In this document: in pieces, positions 37,744-50,469 of the stretch
How positions within the stretch are numbered: position 1 is the first letter of the stretch
Layout of the letters: every line of letters begins with the position of its first letter
Assembly (NCBI GenBank): GCA_036264255.1
Contig: DATARI010000132.1
Location: 2,775-66,774 of the forward strand
Reading direction: 5' to 3'
Source of the DNA: Acidimicrobiales bacterium
GTDB lineage: Bacteria; Actinomycetota; Acidimicrobiia; Acidimicrobiales; RAAP-2
DNA length: 64,000 nt
Notes under the pieces: model-generated
What the model saw: only the letters and a program-made list of their open reading frames with translations
What the model was told of the DNA's origin: nothing
Databases searched by the model: none
Translations under genes and position numbers: made by a program

Positions 37744-38868
37744 TCAAACCGGGTCGGGGAGCCGGCGGGGCATGGCCACGGCCGTCTCCGGCCAGCGCTT
37801 CCGGCTGACCCGGGCCAGCCGTTGCAGCAAGGCGATGGCCCCCGGATCGTCGTCGCCGGGGCGGGTCTCGACCGCTCCGTCGTCGATCATCCCGTTGAGG
37901 AGATCGCGGCCCTTGTCGGTGCGGACCATGGTCAGCGTCCAGTCGTTGAAGGCGCCGATTCCCCCGGTGGAGATGTCGGCATGCTCGGCGGCGAAGTCCG
38001 GGCACGACTTGCATCCTTCCCGGGTCCAGGCGTGGGCCTCTTTCAGGGGGATCTCGTGGAACTCGCCGTCCCGGGTCCACACCTGGAAGACGCCCTTGAT
38101 GTTCATCTTGGTGATGTCGGCCCGGGCGATGCCGTACTTGGCCTCGAACAGCTCGGGGAAGATGGCGTCGTCGAACGTCTTGGAGCAGAGCAACCCGATC
38201 GAGAGGGAGAGCCGCCGGGCGATCTTGCCCGCCTTCCGCGCCTGCATGACCGGGGGCGCCGAGGCCTGGCAGCCCATCCCCACCAGGGCGATGCGCTCCG
38301 CCCCGGCCTCGATGGCCTGGGGGTAGGCCAGCGGGTTGGCTGAATAGGTGTAGCGGGACCCCGCCGCTGCCAGCACCTCCTGGCGGGTGGTGGCCACCCC
38401 GGGCACCGCCTTCCAGGTCGACCCGTCACCTTCCAGGTAGGAGACGAGGGCGGCGTCGATGACGTCATGTTCGAGCGCCCAGATGAGGAGGGCGGAGACC
38501 AGCCCGCCGTCCTGGCCCACCTGGAGGACGTCGGGATCAGTGGCCCGGACCAACAGGATGTCGGAGGAGACCCCGGCCACCTCCTCGGGGGTCCGCTCCC
38601 GTCCGAACAGGTGGTTGTCGATCTCCGGCTCCCACAACCGGAACCGGGGACAGGCCCGGGTGCACATGGTGCAGCCCTTGATGCCGTGGGTGCAGTTGTC
38701 GGGGCCGCCGTCGGCGTCGATGTGGAAAGGCTTGTACTTGCCGCCGGTGTCGTCGTAGGAGAGGACGTCGTAGGGGCAGGCCACGATGCATCCGGCACAG
38801 CCCGTGCAGAGTCCCGAGGTCACCACTTCTTTGTAGAGCTCGAACCACTGCGGCTTTTCGGGAGGCAT
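37744..38868 (-). CDS. FrhB/FdhB-family Fe-S flavoprotein (coenzyme F420 hydrogenase/dehydrogenase beta-subunit-like)
   Basis: N-terminal ferredoxin-type motifs CTGCAGCIVACP and C-x-MCTRACP, followed by FrhB/FdhB-like regions (VGMGCQASA, GLLCSKTF, GCKSCPDFAAEHADIS). Confidence 0.8.
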   Translation of the reverse strand: MPPEKPQWFELYKEVVTSGLCTGCAGCIVACPYDVLSYDDTGGKYKPFHIDADGGPDNCTHGIKGCTMCTRACPRFRLWEPEIDNHLFGRERTPEEVAGVSSDILLVRATDPDVLQVGQDGGLVSALLIWALEHDVIDAALVSYLEGDGSTWKAVPGVATTRQEVLAAAGSRYTYSANPLAYPQAIEAGAERIALVGMGCQASAPPVMQARKAGKIARRLSLSIGLLCSKTFDDAIFPELFEAKYGIARADITKMNIKGVFQVWTRDGEFHEIPLKEAHAWTREGCKSCPDFAAEHADISTGGIGAFNDWTLTMVRTDKGRDLLNGMIDDGAVETRPGDDDPGAIALLQRLARVSRKRWPETAVAMPRRLPDPV

Positions 38869-38922
38869 CCCGACACCCTAGCGACGGTCGTCGGCAGGTT
38901 GGAATTGGGGAGGGTGACCCGG

Positions 38923-39528
38923 CTACCCGGTCGACGCCGGTGGCGCGGCGCCGGGACCGGCCCGGAATCCCCGGTTCCACCACGCCGGGTTCTCGGCCGA
39001 CTGGGCCGATGCCCACGTGAAGTGGTGACGGGCCGAGACGCGGAAGACGGGGAGGGCGATCAGCCCGACCAGGGCCCAGCGTCGCCGGGCGGGGGACAGC
39101 TCCAGGATCGAGAGGGCCGACGCCAGGCCCCAGACCCCGAGGATGGTGTTGTAGGCCGGCAACCGGGACGCCGGCAACCCCTCGGCCTCGGTCAGTACCG
39201 GCAGCCCGAACCGGTTCCGCTTCCAGGGCCAGAGGGTGAAGTGGACGACGACCCCCGCCACCCCGGAACCGGCCAGCATGGCCAGTACCCGGTCCCATTT
39301 TCGACCGCCCCGGGCCGCCATCCACGACCACAGTCCCAGCTGGACCACCCAGAGCGCCCCGGCCCCACCCAGCCCGAGTTCGGGCTGCCAGACCAGGCCG
39401 ACCCCGTTGCCGAGTTCGAAACCATGGTGGGCGGCGGCGCCGGCGACCGCCACCACGGACAGGGGCCGGACGACCCGGCGGGGGGACGACCTCCCGGGTT
39501 GGGCCCGATCGAGGGCGTTCCTGGTCAT
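38923..39528 (-). CDS. Hypothetical Trp-rich membrane protein
   Basis: 201 aa with about 4-5 hydrophobic segments. Co-directional with its neighbours. I recognise no family motif. Confidence 0.55.
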   Translation of the reverse strand: MTRNALDRAQPGRSSPRRVVRPLSVVAVAGAAAHHGFELGNGVGLVWQPELGLGGAGALWVVQLGLWSWMAARGGRKWDRVLAMLAGSGVAGVVVHFTLWPWKRNRFGLPVLTEAEGLPASRLPAYNTILGVWGLASALSILELSPARRRWALVGLIALPVFRVSARHHFTWASAQSAENPAWWNRGFRAGPGAAPPASTG

Positions 39529-39582
39529 CGGGTGAGCGTAGGCCAGGAGGGGGAACCGCCCCGGCGCTCGGGCCGGCCGCCG

Positions 39583-40203
39583 TCAGTGGCCGCGGGCGAT
39601 CCAATCCTCGAGATGGGGCGCCTCGTCCCCGATGACGGTTTCGTCGCCGTGGCCGGGGAGGGCCCGGGTGGTCGGAGGCAGGGTGAGCAAGCGGCGCCGG
39701 ATCGAATCGATGATGGTGGGGAAGTCGGAGAAGCTCCGGCCGGTGGCCCCCGGCCCGCCCCGGAACAGGGTGTCGCCGGTGAAGATCACCCCGAGGTCGG
39801 CGTCATGGAGCGAGCAGCCGCCCGGGGTGTGTCCCGGGGTGTGGATGATCCGGAGGGCGGAGCCGCCCACCTCGAAGTCCTGGCCGTCGGCCAGCTCGGC
39901 GTCGGGGGGTCGGGACGGATAGACCTGGTCCCAGAGCACCCGGTCGTCGGGATGGAGCCAGATCGGCGCGCCGAGCTGGTCGGCCAGAGCGGCCGCCGCG
40001 TTGATGTGGTCGTTGTGGCCGTGGGTGGCCACGATCCCCACCGTTCGCCTCGAGCCGACCGCCTCGACGATGGGCCGGTGGTCATGGGCGGCATCGATGA
40101 CCAGCACCTCGCGGTCGTCGCCGACCAGCCAGATGTTGTTGTCGACCTCGAAGTCCTGGCCGTCGAGTGAGAAGGTCCCCGAGGTGACCACCTGTTCGAT
40201 CAT
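39583..40203 (-). CDS. MBL-fold metallo-hydrolase (glyoxalase II-like; candidate thioester hydrolase)
   Basis: H-x-H-x-D-H motif ATHGHNDH and later TPGHTPG. Overlaps the upstream dehydrogenase gene by 4 nt. Confidence 0.85.
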   Translation of the reverse strand: MIEQVVTSGTFSLDGQDFEVDNNIWLVGDDREVLVIDAAHDHRPIVEAVGSRRTVGIVATHGHNDHINAAAALADQLGAPIWLHPDDRVLWDQVYPSRPPDAELADGQDFEVGGSALRIIHTPGHTPGGCSLHDADLGVIFTGDTLFRGGPGATGRSFSDFPTIIDSIRRRLLTLPPTTRALPGHGDETVIGDEAPHLEDWIARGH

Positions 40204-41285
40204 GCGGGCATGACCACCACCGAGCGGAGCACCTCGCCCCGCTCCATCCGGTGGAACGCCTCCTCCACGTCTTCGAGGTCGATGGTCTCGGACACGAAGC
40301 GGTCGAGGTCGAGCCGGCCCTGGAGGTAGAGGTCGACCAGCATCGGGAAGTCCCGGGACGGGAGGCAGTCCCCGTACCAGCTCGGCTTCAGCTGGCCCCC
40401 CCGACCGAAGAAGTCGATCATCGGCAGGTCGATCCGCATGGCCGGGGTGGGGACCCCGACCTGGACGAGGGTCCCGGCCAGGTCCCGGGCGTAAAACGCC
40501 TGTTCCATCACCGCCGGGTTTCCCACCGCCTCGATGCAGACGTCGGCGCCGTTGCCGCCGGTCAGGGCCCGGATGGCCTCCACCGGGTCCTCGGCCCCGG
40601 CCTCGACGACGTGGGTGGCCCCGAAGCGGCGGGCCAGCTCCAGTTTGCCGGGGTCGAGGTCGACGGCGATGACCGTGGTGGCCCCGGCCAGCCGGGCGCC
40701 GGCGATGGCGGCGCAGCCGACCCCGCCGCAGCCGAAGACGGCCACCGAGTCACCCAGGCCGACCTCGCCGGTGAACATGGCGGCTCCGAGCCCGGCCATC
40801 ACCCCGCAGCCGAGGAGCCCGACCGCCTCCGGCCGGGCCTGCGGATCCACCGGGGTGCACTGCCCGGCGGCCACCAGGGTCTGCTCGGCGAAGGCGCCGA
40901 TGCCGAGGGCGGGGGTCAACGGCGTCCCGTCGGCCAGCGTCATCTTCTGGGTGGCGTTGTGGGTGGCGAAGCAGTACCAGGGGCGGCCCCGCCGGCAGGC
41001 CCGGCACTGGCCGCACACCGCCCGCCAGTTGAGAACCACGAAGTCGCCGGGCGCCACCGTGGTGACGTCGTCGCCGGTGGCCTCCACGATGCCGGCCGCC
41101 TCGTGGCCGAGCAGGAAGGGGAAGTCGTCGTTGATCCCCCCTTCCCGGTAGTGGAGGTCGGTATGGCACACCCCGCAGGCCTGCACCCGCACTCTCGCCT
41201 CGCCCGGCCCGGGATCGGGGACCACGATGGTCTCGAGTGACACCGGCTTGCCCTTGGCCCCGGCCACCACGCCACGCACTTCCAT
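40200..41285 (-). CDS. mscR: S-(hydroxymethyl)mycothiol dehydrogenase / class III Zn alcohol dehydrogenase
   Basis: [30 protein letters not shown] closely resembles mycobacterial MscR/AdhE2. Rossmann motif [14 protein letters not shown]. Trimmed to ATG 41285. Confidence 0.85.
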   Translation of the reverse strand: MEVRGVVAGAKGKPVSLETIVVPDPGPGEARVRVQACGVCHTDLHYREGGINDDFPFLLGHEAAGIVEATGDDVTTVAPGDFVVLNWRAVCGQCRACRRGRPWYCFATHNATQKMTLADGTPLTPALGIGAFAEQTLVAAGQCTPVDPQARPEAVGLLGCGVMAGLGAAMFTGEVGLGDSVAVFGCGGVGCAAIAGARLAGATTVIAVDLDPGKLELARRFGATHVVEAGAEDPVEAIRALTGGNGADVCIEAVGNPAVMEQAFYARDLAGTLVQVGVPTPAMRIDLPMIDFFGRGGQLKPSWYGDCLPSRDFPMLVDLYLQGRLDLDRFVSETIDLEDVEEAFHRMERGEVLRSVVVMPA

Positions 41286-41374
41286 CTGCCACCGTCCTCT
41301 CCATCCGAGTCGGTCCCACTTTAGGAGGTCGGTCGGGACGGCTCCGGGGCCGGGAACCTGGCTACCCTCGGTCC

Positions 41375-42157
41375 GTGCCCGAGCTCCCCGAAATCGAGTC
41401 CTACCGCCGGCTGGCCGAGACCGCCCTCGACCGGGGCATCCGCACGGTGAAGGCACCCGACAAGTGGTACCTGAAGTCGGGGACGACCGCCGCCTGGTTG
41501 CGCCGGGCGTTGGTCGGTCACCGGTTCAGCGCCGCCCGCCGCCTCGGCAAGCTCCTGCTCCTCGACACCGACGGCGGCCCGGTGGTGGGCATCCGGTTCG
41601 GGATGACCGGCACTCTGCTGGTCGACGGTTCGTCCAGCGTCGAGCACCTCTTGTACACCCCCCGCCGGACCAACCCGGCCTGGGACCGTCTGGTCATCGG
41701 CTTCGATGACGGGGGCACGATGGAGGTGCAGGACCCGAGGCGGCTCGGCGGCGTCCTCATCGACCCGACCCTCGACCACCTCGGCCCCGACGCGCTCTCG
41801 ATCACCCGGGCCCAGCTGGCGGCGGCGCTGGCCGGGTCGACCGCCCACCTCAAAGCCCGGCTGCTCGACCAGTCCAAGGTGGCCGGCATCGGCAACCTCA
41901 TCGCCGACGAGTTGCTGTGGCGGACCGGCCTGTCACCCGAACGTCCGGCCGGCTCCTTGACGCCGACCGAGGTGCGGCGGCTGCATGCCGGCATGGTCCG
42001 GGCGTTGGGGCTGCTCATCCGGCGGGGCGGCTCCCACCTCGGCGATCTGATGGAGGAGCGTCACCGGGGCGGCCGGTGCCCGAAGGACGGGACCGAGCTG
42101 GCCCGGGCCACCATCGGGGGACGCACCACCTACTGGTGCCCCGCCCATCAGCATTGA
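41375..42157 (+). CDS. Fpg/Nei-family DNA glycosylase/AP lyase
   Basis: GTG-PELPEIE N-terminus (catalytic Pro2/Glu3), an H2TH region, and the C-terminal zinc finger CPKDG...YWCPAHQ. Confidence 0.85.
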   Translation: MPELPEIESYRRLAETALDRGIRTVKAPDKWYLKSGTTAAWLRRALVGHRFSAARRLGKLLLLDTDGGPVVGIRFGMTGTLLVDGSSSVEHLLYTPRRTNPAWDRLVIGFDDGGTMEVQDPRRLGGVLIDPTLDHLGPDALSITRAQLAAALAGSTAHLKARLLDQSKVAGIGNLIADELLWRTGLSPERPAGSLTPTEVRRLHAGMVRALGLLIRRGGSHLGDLMEERHRGGRCPKDGTELARATIGGRTTYWCPAHQH

Positions 42158-42170
42158 GCGCCGCGGCCGG

Positions 42171-44517
<2,347 letters not shown>

Positions 44518-44750
44518 GGCGGCGCCTCCCGGAGCCGAAAGACCGGCAATTTCCCCGTTCAGGGGTACACTGGGGGTCGTGGAAGGGCGCAGTGCCCGTC
44601 CACCGGGGTCTTCCTCAAATCTGTTTGTCGGGTCCGCAGCCGTGGATCGGATGGCCGGCCCGAGGCGGGCCCGCCTGGATCCGTGATTGGCACGGATGCC
44701 GATGGCCGGGACCCGGCCGTCACCGAACAGATGAGAGGCAACACACCCCC

Positions 44751-45989
44751 ATGACAACCACCGCTGAGCACTCGGGCCGCGCCCGGTCGCTCGAACACGA
44801 TGCCGGCGACCTCGAAGAGGTAGCTCCGACCTTCGACTCCCTCGGAGTCGACCCGATCCTGGTCAAGGCCCTGGCCGCCCAAGGCATCACCACCGCCTTC
44901 TCCATTCAGGCCATGACCGTGGCCGACGCAGTGGCCGGCGGGGACGTCTGCGGCAAGGCAAAGACCGGCTCCGGCAAGACCCTGGCCTTCGGCCTCCCGC
45001 TGCTGCAGCGGACCATGCAGACCCGGGCCACCGAGCCCGGCCGGCCGAGCGCCCTGGTGCTGGTCCCCACCCGCGAGCTGGCCGTCCAGGTCAGCGACGT
45101 CCTCGAGACCCTGGCCGACGAGGTCGGCCTCCGGGTGGTCGCCGTCTACGGCGGTGCGGACATCGAGCGCCAGGTGAAGAAGCTCCGCAAGGGGGTCGAC
45201 GTGATCATCGCCACCCCCGGACGGCTCATCGACCTGGGCGACCGGGGTGAGCTTTCCGTCGCCGACATCGAGACCCTGGTGCTGGACGAGGCGGACCGCA
45301 TGGCCGACATGGGCTTCATGCCTCAGGTCGAGTGGGTCCTCCGACGCCTGGAGCGCAAGCACCAGACCCTGTTGTTCTCGGCCACCCTCGACGGCGCCGT
45401 CGACCGGCTGGTGAGCCGGTACCTGACCGACCCGGTGCACCACGAGGTGGCCTCCCCGAGCACCACCGTCGAGGCGATGGAGCACCGGTTCCTCGAAGTG
45501 CACCAGATGGACCGGGTGAAGGTGTGCGCCACCATCTGCCTCCACGCCGAGCGCACCATCGTCTTCGTCCGGACCAAGCGGGGGGCTGACCGGTTGGTCG
45601 AGCAGCTCCGCAAGGAGGGGGTCGACGCCGACGCCATCCACGGCGACCTCCGCCAGGCCAACCGGGAGCGCACCCTGAAGGACTTCGGGATGGGCAAGCT
45701 GCCGGTGCTGGTGGCCACCGACGTCGCCGCCCGAGGCCTCGACATCGACGCCGTCGACGTGGTCATCCACTTCGACCCGCCGGAGGACCACAAGGCCTAT
45801 CTCCACCGTTCGGGCCGGACCGCCCGGGCCGGCGAGGCCGGGGTCGTCGTCACCCTGGTGCAGTGGAACCAGGTCCTCGAAGTGGAACGGATCCAGCAGC
45901 GGATCGGGCTCAAAATCCCGATCGTCGAGATGTTCTCCAATGACTCCAGGCTCCACAACCTGGCCGGGTGGAACCCGGTCCCTGCTTGA
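44751..45989 (+). CDS. DEAD-box ATP-dependent RNA helicase
   Basis: Q-motif region, AKTGSGKT, VLDEADRM, SAT, and HRSGRTARAG. Confidence 0.9.
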   Translation: MTTTAEHSGRARSLEHDAGDLEEVAPTFDSLGVDPILVKALAAQGITTAFSIQAMTVADAVAGGDVCGKAKTGSGKTLAFGLPLLQRTMQTRATEPGRPSALVLVPTRELAVQVSDVLETLADEVGLRVVAVYGGADIERQVKKLRKGVDVIIATPGRLIDLGDRGELSVADIETLVLDEADRMADMGFMPQVEWVLRRLERKHQTLLFSATLDGAVDRLVSRYLTDPVHHEVASPSTTVEAMEHRFLEVHQMDRVKVCATICLHAERTIVFVRTKRGADRLVEQLRKEGVDADAIHGDLRQANRERTLKDFGMGKLPVLVATDVAARGLDIDAVDVVIHFDPPEDHKAYLHRSGRTARAGEAGVVVTLVQWNQVLEVERIQQRIGLKIPIVEMFSNDSRLHNLAGWNPVPA

Positions 45990-46741
45990 TGCCAGAGGTG
46001 TCGTCCCGCCCCATCCTGGAAGTTGACCCGGGACCGGTCGATGTCGAGCGCATCCTGGTGGTGACCGCTCATCCCGACGACGTCGACTTCGGCGCCGCCG
46101 GCTCGGTGGCCACCTGGACCCAGGCCGGGGTGGAGGTGGCCTACTGCATCGCCACCGACGGCGAGGCCGGGGGATCGGACCGGACGATGAGCCGGGTCGA
46201 GATGGCCGCCATCCGTCGCCAGGAGCAGCGGGCCGCCGCCGCCGAGGTCGGGGTGTCCGACGTCACCTTCCTCGGCCACCCCGACGGTCGCCTGCTCCCC
46301 ACCATCGAATTGCGGCGGGACATCTCCCGGGTCATCCGCCAGTTCCGGCCCGACCGGGTGGTGTCCCAGTCGCCCGAGCGGACGTGGGAGCGCCTCTACG
46401 CCAGCCACCCCGACCACCTGGCCGCCGGGGAGGCCGCCGCCTGTGCGGTCTACCCCGACGCCCGCAACCCGTTCGCCCACCCCGAGTTGCTGGAGGAGGG
46501 GCTCGAGCCCCACACCGTCGCCGAGATGTGGGTGATGGCCACCGAGCGGGCCAACCGGGTGGTCGACACCACCGAACAATTCGATGCCAAGCTGGCCGCC
46601 CTCCGGTCCCACAAGAGCCAGGTGGGCGACGGCGCCGACCTGGAGAACCTGCTCCGCCCCTGGATGTCGGGGGCCGCCCTCTCGGCCGGCCTCCCCGACG
46701 GCCGGTACGCCGAGGCCTTCCATGTGGTCGGCACCCGGTAG
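45989..46741 (+). CDS. PIG-L/LmbE-family deacetylase
   Basis: ILVVTAHPDDVDFGAAG (AHPDD motif) and a later HPDH. Its ATG shares one nucleotide with the helicase stop. Confidence 0.85.
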   Translation: MPEVSSRPILEVDPGPVDVERILVVTAHPDDVDFGAAGSVATWTQAGVEVAYCIATDGEAGGSDRTMSRVEMAAIRRQEQRAAAAEVGVSDVTFLGHPDGRLLPTIELRRDISRVIRQFRPDRVVSQSPERTWERLYASHPDHLAAGEAAACAVYPDARNPFAHPELLEEGLEPHTVAEMWVMATERANRVVDTTEQFDAKLAALRSHKSQVGDGADLENLLRPWMSGAALSAGLPDGRYAEAFHVVGTR

Positions 46742-46750
46742 CTCGGGGGA

Positions 46751-47515
46751 GTGACCCAACCGATTGCCACCGGCGGGCCCGGTGGCGGTGGCCACCCGGA
46801 TCCCCGCCCGCCCCGCCGGTCGGGGCCGTGGGCGGTCATCCAACACGTCGACCACGAAGGCCCGGGTCTGATCGCCGAGGTGTTGGCGGCGGCCGGGTAC
46901 CATCAACAGCTGATCCGCCCCGATCTCGGTGAAGATCTCCCCGACGTCGCCGGGCTCGACGCGCTCGGGGGTCTGGTGGTGCTGGGCGGCCCGATGAGCG
47001 TCCATGACGCCGATCGGTTCCCCTGGTTGGCCGACGAACGCAAGCTGCTGGCGGCGGCGACCGAAGCCGGGCTGCCGGTCCTCGGTGTCTGCCTGGGGGC
47101 CCAGCAACTGGCCGCCGCCCTCGGGGCCGAGGTCACCGCCGGGGACCGGGCCGAGATCGGGATCGGCACCGTCACCCTCACCGCCTCCGGCCGTCGGGAC
47201 CGGGTCCTCGGCCCCGAGTACGGCGGCCTGGCCGGCACCGACATCCCCTGTGTCCACTGGCACCACGACACCTTCTCCCTGCCGCCGGGCTCGGAGCACC
47301 TGGCCGCCACCCGGGCCTTCCCCCATCAGGCCTTCCGAACCGGGTCCCGCACCTACGGCTTCCAGTTCCACGTCGAGGTCAACGCGGCGCTGGCCGACGG
47401 ATGGAGGGCGCACCTCCCCGAGGAGGTGGTCTTGGCGGCGGGCGGCCTCTCCCGGGTGGAGACCACCGGGCGCCGGATCCTGCAGCGGTTCGTCGATCTG
47501 GCGGCGGCGTCGTGA
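46751..47515 (+). CDS. Class I glutamine amidotransferase-like protein
   Basis: Nucleophile elbow PVLGVCLGAQQLA and a C-terminal FQFH(V)E-type His/Glu region. Confidence 0.8.
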   Translation: MTQPIATGGPGGGGHPDPRPPRRSGPWAVIQHVDHEGPGLIAEVLAAAGYHQQLIRPDLGEDLPDVAGLDALGGLVVLGGPMSVHDADRFPWLADERKLLAAATEAGLPVLGVCLGAQQLAAALGAEVTAGDRAEIGIGTVTLTASGRRDRVLGPEYGGLAGTDIPCVHWHHDTFSLPPGSEHLAATRAFPHQAFRTGSRTYGFQFHVEVNAALADGWRAHLPEEVVLAAGGLSRVETTGRRILQRFVDLAAAS

Positions 47516-48174
47516 TCCCGGAAGCGGCCACCGCGGCGGTCAAGCCCCGACTCCGGGGGGTGTTCCACCAGGTGGCGTTCTTCGTGTCGCTGGTGTCGGG
47601 CACCGCGCTGGTGTGGGCGGCTCCGACCGCCGGGTCGAAGGCGGTGTGCGGGGTCTACGCGGTCTCGGTGGCGATGATGTTCGGGGTCAGCGCCCTCTTC
47701 CACCGTCACCACTGGGGCCCGGTGGGCCGGCGGCGGATGCGGCGGGCCGACCATTCGACGATCTTCATCGCCATCGCCGGTTCCTACACTGCGGTGGGCG
47801 GTATCGCTCTCGGCGGTTGGGCCCGGGTCACCGTGCTCGCCATCGTCTGGAGCGGGGCGGCGATCGGCATCACCATTCGCCAGACCTGGCTGGACGCCCC
47901 CAAGCCGGTCATCGCGGTGCCCTATGTGGTGGTGGGTTGGTCAGCGCTGGCGGTGCTGCCCCAACTCTTCCATGCCCTCGGCGTCACCGGATTCGTGCTG
48001 CTGTTCGTCGGCGGGTTCGCCTACATGGCCGGGGCCCTGGTCTACGCCCTCAAGCGGCCCAATCCGATCCCCGGGGTGCTCGGCTACCACGAGGTGTTCC
48101 ACGCCTTCACCATCGTGGGGGCGGTCGTCCACTTCGTGGTGATCGCCTGGTTCGTCGTGCCGCTGGCCAACTGA
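47512..48174 (+). CDS. Hemolysin III / PAQR-family membrane protein
   Basis: Seven hydrophobic segments, with RRADHSTIF and GYHEVFHAF motifs. GTGA overlap with the upstream gene. Confidence 0.85.
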   Translation: MIPEAATAAVKPRLRGVFHQVAFFVSLVSGTALVWAAPTAGSKAVCGVYAVSVAMMFGVSALFHRHHWGPVGRRRMRRADHSTIFIAIAGSYTAVGGIALGGWARVTVLAIVWSGAAIGITIRQTWLDAPKPVIAVPYVVVGWSALAVLPQLFHALGVTGFVLLFVGGFAYMAGALVYALKRPNPIPGVLGYHEVFHAFTIVGAVVHFVVIAWFVVPLAN

Positions 48175-48239
48175 TCCGTCCCTGAACCCGGGCTCTCCCC
48201 GGCACCCACCGGGCGGGGCGCCGTGCAAGGCTGAACAAG

Positions 48240-49142
48240 ATGATCGAGGCCCGGGGGCTCTCCAAGCGGTTCGGCGACGTGGTGGCGGTGGACGACCTGT
48301 CCTTCGAGGTGCGCCCGGGGACGGTGACCGGCTTCCTCGGGCCCAACGGCTCGGGCAAGTCGACCACCATGCGCATGATCATGGGCCTCGACTCGCCGGC
48401 GTCGGGATCCGTCACCGTGTTGGGCCGGCGCTACCACGACCTCCCGTGGCCGTTGCGGGAAGTGGGCGGGCTGCTCGAAGCCAAGGCCATCCATCCCGGT
48501 CGCTCCGCCCGAGCCCATCTGCTGACCTTGGCCCGGAGCAATGCCATCGGTCGGGCGCGGGTCGACGAGGTGCTGGAACTGGTGGGGCTCACCTCGGTGG
48601 CGGGCAAACGGGTGGGCAAATTCTCGCTGGGGATGGGCCAGCGTCTGGGCATCGCCGCCGCCCTGCTCGGCGACCCCGGGGTGCTGCTGTTCGACGAGCC
48701 GGTGAACGGTCTCGATCCCGAAGGGATCCGCTGGGTGCGCACGCTGTGTCGAAGGCTCGCCGGCGAGGGTCGCACCGTGTTCGTGTCGAGTCACTTGATG
48801 GCCGAGATGGCGCTGACCGCCGACCACCTGGTGGTCATCGGCAAGGGCAGGCTGATCGCGGAGACCTCGGTCGCGGACTTCGTGGGCCGAAGCTCCCGGC
48901 GATCGGTCAAGGTGCGCACCGAGGCACCGCAACAGTTGTCCGACGCGGTGACCAGGGCGGGCGGGACCGTCATCGCCGATCCCGACGGGTCGATGACCGT
49001 CACCGGCCTGGCGGCACCCGAGGTGGGTGACCTGGCCAAGGCGTTGAGCATTGCCCTCCACGAACTGACCCCGGTCGCTTCCCTGGAGGATGCCTTCATG
49101 GAGTTGACCGACGAAGCCGTCGAGTTCCGAGGGGGATCGTGA
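48240..49142 (+). CDS. ABC transporter ATP-binding protein
   Basis: Walker A GPNGSGKST, signature FSLGMGQR, Walker B LLFDEP. Confidence 0.9.
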   Translation: MIEARGLSKRFGDVVAVDDLSFEVRPGTVTGFLGPNGSGKSTTMRMIMGLDSPASGSVTVLGRRYHDLPWPLREVGGLLEAKAIHPGRSARAHLLTLARSNAIGRARVDEVLELVGLTSVAGKRVGKFSLGMGQRLGIAAALLGDPGVLLFDEPVNGLDPEGIRWVRTLCRRLAGEGRTVFVSSHLMAEMALTADHLVVIGKGRLIAETSVADFVGRSSRRSVKVRTEAPQQLSDAVTRAGGTVIADPDGSMTVTGLAAPEVGDLAKALSIALHELTPVASLEDAFMELTDEAVEFRGGS

Positions 49143-50044
49143 CCGCGGGGAGCGGGACTCCGACCTCCTGGGTGACCGAGTTGCCGCCGGGTCGCGTCGG
49201 CCTTCGCCGGGCCATCGCCGCCGAGTGGACCAAGTTGTGGACGGTCCGGTCGACGATGTGGACGCTGGTCGCCACCGGGCTGGCGGTGCTGGGCCTGTGC
49301 GCGCTGAGCACCGGCACGGTGAGCCCCTCTGACATCATCGACGACCCGACCCGCCGGAGCCTGGTCGGCATCTTCCTCGGCCAGCTCATCTTCGGCGTCC
49401 TGGGGGTTCTGGTCATGAGCGCCGAGTACGGCACCGGAACGATCCGCTCAACGCTCTCGGCCATCCCCCGGCGCCCGGTGGTGCTCACCGCCAAGGTCCT
49501 GGTGTTCGGGGTGGTGGCGGTGGTGGTCAGCGAGGTCCTCGCCTTCGGCGCTTTCGCCCTCGGCCAGGCCCTCTTGTCGGCCAAGCATGCGGTCGGATCG
49601 TCGGCGGCGGTCGCCCAGCGTGCCCACCAACTCGGGGTGGCGGTCCCCCACAGCATCCAGGGCGCGCTCTCGGGCGGCTCCGCATCCTTGGGGCAGCCCG
49701 GCGTCCTCCGGGCCGTGGTCGGCGGCGGTCTCTACCTCGCCGTGCTCGGGCTCCTGGCGCTCGGACTGGCTACCATCATCCGGCACACCGCCGGCGCCAT
49801 CTCGACGTTCGTCGGGGTGGTCCTGGTCCTGCCCCTCATCGTTCAGGCATTGCCGGCGTCGATCAGCAACGCGGTGGCCCGCTATCTCCCGGCCAACATC
49901 GGCCTGGTCATGTTCTCCACCCACGGCTCGCCCGACCGAGTCGGTCCCGCGTTCAGCCCGTGGGCGGGTTTCGGCCTTCTGGTGCTGTACACCGTGGCCA
50001 CCTTGGCGCTGGGCTGTTGGGTCCTCGTCCGCCGCGACGCCTGA
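49139..50044 (+). CDS. ABC-2-type transporter permease
   Basis: Polytopic 301-aa protein. GTGA overlap with the ATPase gene. Confidence 0.75.
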   Translation: MTAGSGTPTSWVTELPPGRVGLRRAIAAEWTKLWTVRSTMWTLVATGLAVLGLCALSTGTVSPSDIIDDPTRRSLVGIFLGQLIFGVLGVLVMSAEYGTGTIRSTLSAIPRRPVVLTAKVLVFGVVAVVVSEVLAFGAFALGQALLSAKHAVGSSAAVAQRAHQLGVAVPHSIQGALSGGSASLGQPGVLRAVVGGGLYLAVLGLLALGLATIIRHTAGAISTFVGVVLVLPLIVQALPASISNAVARYLPANIGLVMFSTHGSPDRVGPAFSPWAGFGLLVLYTVATLALGCWVLVRRDA

Positions 50045-50093
50045 GCGCCCGCCCTCCGAGATGGGGCCGGCTCCGCGATCCGGGTTGGATCGT

Positions 50094-50339
50094 CTAGAGG
50101 AGCCCGGCTACCTCATGGACCTCGCCGCAGGGGACGCCGAGAGCGGCATGATGCTTGCGCACGGCCTCGGCGTCGGGCGCCTCCAGCAGGCAGTAGACCT
50201 TGCCGTCCGGGTTGTGGAACAACTCGACCTGGCGGACACCGAATTCGTCTGCCTTCTCGTCCTTGGTGTCCTGGGTGATCTGCTGGATGGCTTCGCCAGG
50301 CAACTTGAGGTCGTCATGAAAGTCCATGTACTTGGGCAT
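50094..50339 (-). CDS. DUF4242 / SCO4226-like small protein
   Basis: MPKYMDFH...GVRQVELFHNPDGKVYCLLEAPDAEAVRKHH resembles the SCO4226 ferredoxin-like family. The assignment is from memory. Confidence 0.7.
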   Translation of the reverse strand: MPKYMDFHDDLKLPGEAIQQITQDTKDEKADEFGVRQVELFHNPDGKVYCLLEAPDAEAVRKHHAALGVPCGEVHEVAGLL

Positions 50340-50469
50340 CGCAGTTCCTTTTGGTCAGGGCGGTCTCGGATTGGAGCTCAGTGAATGGGAATCGCAGGAA
50401 CTTTAGGCGTTGTTCCCCGTTCCTGCTCAGAATCCGACCGATCGAGCCCCTTCGGCCCAGCGGCGATGG

